From positions 6,758,001 through 6,822,000 of the forward strand of contig JBHGNT010000014.1 in NCBI GenBank assembly GCA_043228905.1: DNA of 64,000 nucleotides, in the 5' to 3' direction. The position numbers and the translations under genes were made by a program. The stretch comes from Azolla caroliniana (lineage: Eukaryota; Plantae; Polypodiophyta). Of this stretch, positions 60,712 to 64,000 are shown piece by piece (positions within the stretch are counted from its first letter, which is position 1; every line of letters starts with the position of its first letter). Below the pieces are notes generated by a model, which saw only the letters and a list, made by a program, of their open reading frames with translations, was not told where the DNA came from and searched no databases.

Positions 60712-61172
60712 TGTAAAGAATCAGGTATGATTCTTGTGTAGCGGAAGAGATGTGTGTTATGTGTGAGAGAAAAGAGATGAGAAAGGAGAGAGGAGAAAAC
60801 ACAAGATAGATTAGATAGAATGAAAAAATAGAATACTCAAGAAGAAGATTATGTATATTCACAAGTAGAATAGCAAATACAAAATATAGCATTACAAGGA
60901 GTCACAACCAACTTAGTATGAAGTAGGAGGACGGTGCTTTATATAGTCACCCTCTCTCTTCATTAACTAACTACACCAACCACTCTCTTGGGGAATGTGG
61001 AGACCCATTAGTCATGAGGAATATGAAACTCATTAGTTATGTGTCATAGAATATGATTCTACGACACATAGTTATTGTGTAGAGAGTGGTATGACTCTTG
61101 ACCTTTGAGTGCTCATAGATGCCTCAAAGGGTGGGTTCACACACAATGTTAGGTTAACCTTGATTCTCAACA
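60712..61172 (-). repeat. 5' LTR of F
   Basis: 461 bp, tgta...caaca, directly adjacent to the Met PBS. Confidence 0.9.
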
Positions 61173-61950
61173 TGAAGCTGCGAAGGACCCCAAATGGGTT
61201 GAAACGATGAATGAGGAGATGCAAGCACTCTCCGATAACGAGAGATGGGATCTCGTCCCTTCTTCACACCACCAAAAAGCAATTGGATACCGATGGATAT
61301 TCAAAGTGAAACACAACGCCAATGGCACTATCAATTGGTACAAGGCCCGACTTGTGGCCAAGGGCTACGTACAGAAACACGGTGTAGATTATGAAGAGAC
61401 CTTTGCCCCGATGGCAAAGATGATTACAATTCAAACCATGATCGAGCTTGCAACATCAAAACGGTGGCACCTCTACCAAATGGACATAAAGAACACCTTC
61501 CTACAAGCAAGTTAGACGAGGAGGTGTACATGGTGCAACCACCCAAATTTGTGTCAGGTACACATCCACTTTTGTCTGCCGACTCAAGAAGTCTCTCTAC
61601 GGTCTCAAGCAGGCACCGAGAGCATGGCATTCGAAGATAACCCAATATCTTCATCAAATCGGTTTTCAAATGTCTGAGTCTGACAACTCTCTGTTCATTC
61701 GGAATGACTCTAGAGGACAACTATTTATCATCATTTATGTGGATGACTTGGTCATAGGAGGAGAGCATTTAGTAGATATCTAGCACATAAAGAAGCTCCT
61801 CTCTAGTCTATTCGAAATGAAAGACATGGAGGAACTTCATTACTTTTTAGGAATAGAAGTAATTCGGACTCCTGACGGTACCATGCTTTCTCAGAGGCAC
61901 TATATCCTCAATCTTCTTTACAAGTCTGGGATGACACGGTGTAAGCCCGC
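61173..61950 (+). pseudogene. Copia RT fragment I (oldest layer; apparent target of F)
   Basis: EAAKDPKWVETMNEE, YKARLVAKG, YVDD motifs; decayed, and similarity ends near 61950. Confidence 0.85.
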
Positions 61951-62441
61951 CATAGAAGTTAATATCCTATGACATATTCTTTAACTAGTTAAGACTCGAC
62001 CTCTTTCCCAAGAGGTGCCTCTAGTGAAAGAATCTAGAGAGAAGGTGACTACATAAGCACCTTCTCCTTTTCTTTGTTTCTCTCGATCGTTCTTGTTTTT
62101 CTGTAATACAGTTTTTTGTTTTTTGTAATCTCGAGTTCTCTCTCTCTCTCTCTCCACACACATGCACAATTCTTTCCCTGCATAGAATCCATCCAATTCT
62201 TTACATACCCCAATACAATGTTAGGTTCTGTGTGTGGGAATATATATATTATATTGCCATGCTTTTTATACGAAGTCCCCAATATATCTCTAAATCGGAG
62301 CATCATTTGTGAGATATCCAACAAATATACGACATCTCTTTAAGCTAATAGTTATAAATTAGGAGTGTAACATTACTAATGCAGGGCCAATTCAAAATGC
62401 TAGGAGGAAGTGGACCTCATAATGGGTTGATCCATTATGTG

Positions 62442-62922
62442 TAACAATCGGCAAGGGTTTAAATTTTTTGAAACTTGAACCGAACCAAACCACGGAACCA
62501 TTTGAACCGAAACTGTTTAAACCAAACCGTTATAACAAACCCAAACTGTTCAACCGTTAACATCGTGGTTTAGGGTTCGGTTTCAATTTTCAACTTAGGT
62601 CAGAATATAAATTTTAGAATTTTCATTATTTTAAATTTTAAATTTTCAAAATTCTAATATTTTCCTAAAATATGAGAATTAGGCTTAACAATGAAAAGAA
62701 TATTTAAAAAGATTTATTTTATTTTTTTTAAATTTAAAAAAAATAAAAAACCATTAAACTGCATTTCTAACCATTTTACCCGCGGTTTCTAATAGTTGAA
62801 ACCGAACCAAACTGAACCGTTAAAAAAAACTTGAACCTGAACCGAACCATTTAAACCTTTAAGTCATTAAGCGGCGGTTTTGTGGTTCAGTTTGGTTCAA
62901 ACTAAACTGTTGCCAACTGTTA
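62442..62922. mobile_element. hAT-type MITE (481 bp)
   Basis: Perfect 8-bp TSD attatgtg (62434-62441, 62923-62930); imperfect 13-bp TIR taacaatcggcaa/ttgccaactgtta; subterminal AACCG/CGGTT repeats; AT-rich core. Confidence 0.85.
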
Positions 62923-64000
62923 ATTATGTGTCTATTCTATCCCGTTCTCTTTTTTTTCTTCTCCCCTTATATGGAGGAAGTTGAAGAGAGGAACATCTCA
63001 AAGTTCCTAGAACTTAACAAGAGCAAAATGCTACATAAAGGGGGGCCTCGTGGTGAAGAAATATTCTAAATTTGGTCACGTGGTAAATATGTGTTTGCAC
63101 ACAGAGATTGTGGAATCATAGATAATTCAGTTACTTTTGGGGAATTTAAACGAGCTTTGCTCATAGAGTTTTCCTTTGACGACACAACAAGGATGTCAAC
63201 TAGGACCTAATTGATTTAGTGGAATGTTGGTTTTTAATGAGTTTGAGTGATGTTTCCTCAACCCTCAATGTTTGACCGAGAGTCGTTATGGCAGAACAAG
63301 GTTTTGCTTTTCTTGAAGGAAGTAAATTAGAGGGATCGAGTGAAATTTGAAATGCTTTGCCAATGAAAACAAAGGCAATGACATCATCAATGTTTGGGAT
63401 GAAGTGAAGCGAGCATGACACCACTATGACAAGAGAAGGCAATGCTATGCGGGCAACCAAATAATGGATTCAACCTCTTTTTGGAATTGGGATTGACAAG
63501 GCTGAAACCATGTTGAATGCCCAGTAGTTTCATTTCTCACTAGGAGTATTGAAAATGAAAGTGAGTTGAAACCACATTAATTAAGATCTTAAAACTAATG
63601 GGTTGGGATGACCCAACCAAAGCCAACATGAGCATTCTTGATGCAACTTGCCAAAAATGTTCAAGAAGGAAATGGAAGAAGAGATCAAGTAAAAATGAAG
63701 AAACAAATCTCAATTAAATAATGAGGAAGAACGAGTAGAAAACTTGCCGGGGGGGGGGAGGAATCAACACGCATGCGTCAAAGCAAGGGCCAAGAACACA
63801 TAACGGTAATATACAATAATATTGTTGTTATTGTACGACCAAACGTAAAACTAATGAATGGAATGGTAGGAATCAATCCACACACCAGCAGCCGACCACT
63901 AAACACCGACCGGGATGGGATGGATGATGATGCCCAACGAAATCAGAATGCTCATATTTCCAAGGCAGTAATATAACAACGTGTAGGAAATGTGGCCGCA

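Larger units (their letters stand above)
17607..61172 (-). mobile_element. Old Ty1/Copia element F, degenerate; host of C and G
   Basis: 5' LTR 60712-61172; PBS 60700-60711 (tRNA-Met); partial 3' LTR 17607-17955; PPT 17956-17969; coding remnants stay in order on the minus strand across the insertions. Confidence 0.88.

Noticed and set aside
61955-62400. Possible solo LTR after fragment I
   Set aside because: It has CT-rich LTR-like composition, but no termini, TSD or second copy could be identified.
62931-64000. Host gene exon or LINE remnant (86-aa and 67-aa ORFs)
   Set aside because: No recognisable motif or splice structure; a BLASTX search would be needed.

Overview
This 64-kb window has no recognisable host gene. 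It is almost entirely a nested stack of LTR retrotransposons from a eukaryote, inferred to be a non-seed land plant (fern, lycophyte or bryophyte) from the element types. Ty1/Copia elements: A1, A2, C, D, F and fragment I. Non-chromoviral Ty3/Gypsy elements (Phygy/Selgy/Ylt1-like): B1 (intact, young) and B2 (interrupted), both with a tRNA-Trp PBS and 4-bp TSD, plus J (truncated) and G (non-autonomous). Tcn1/Tf1-like self-priming chromoviruses: H1 and H2. There are also non-coding self-priming elements (E1-E3) filled with a ~45-54 bp hairpin repeat, and one hAT-type MITE. Nesting reaches six levels (I>F>C>B2>A2>D). The strongest signals are non-coding: (1) an antisense tRNA-like A-box/B-box module inside the LTRs of four families; (2) about 45 bulged hairpins arrayed inside non-autonomous elements; (3) 11-12 nt self-primer/PBS pairs that covary across families; (4) two different -1 frameshift slippery-site/pseudoknot cassettes, one between protease and RT; (5) heat-shock-element arrays in all chromovirus-type LTRs. 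All calls were made by eye with no database searches; lineage names come from recall and need confirmation.
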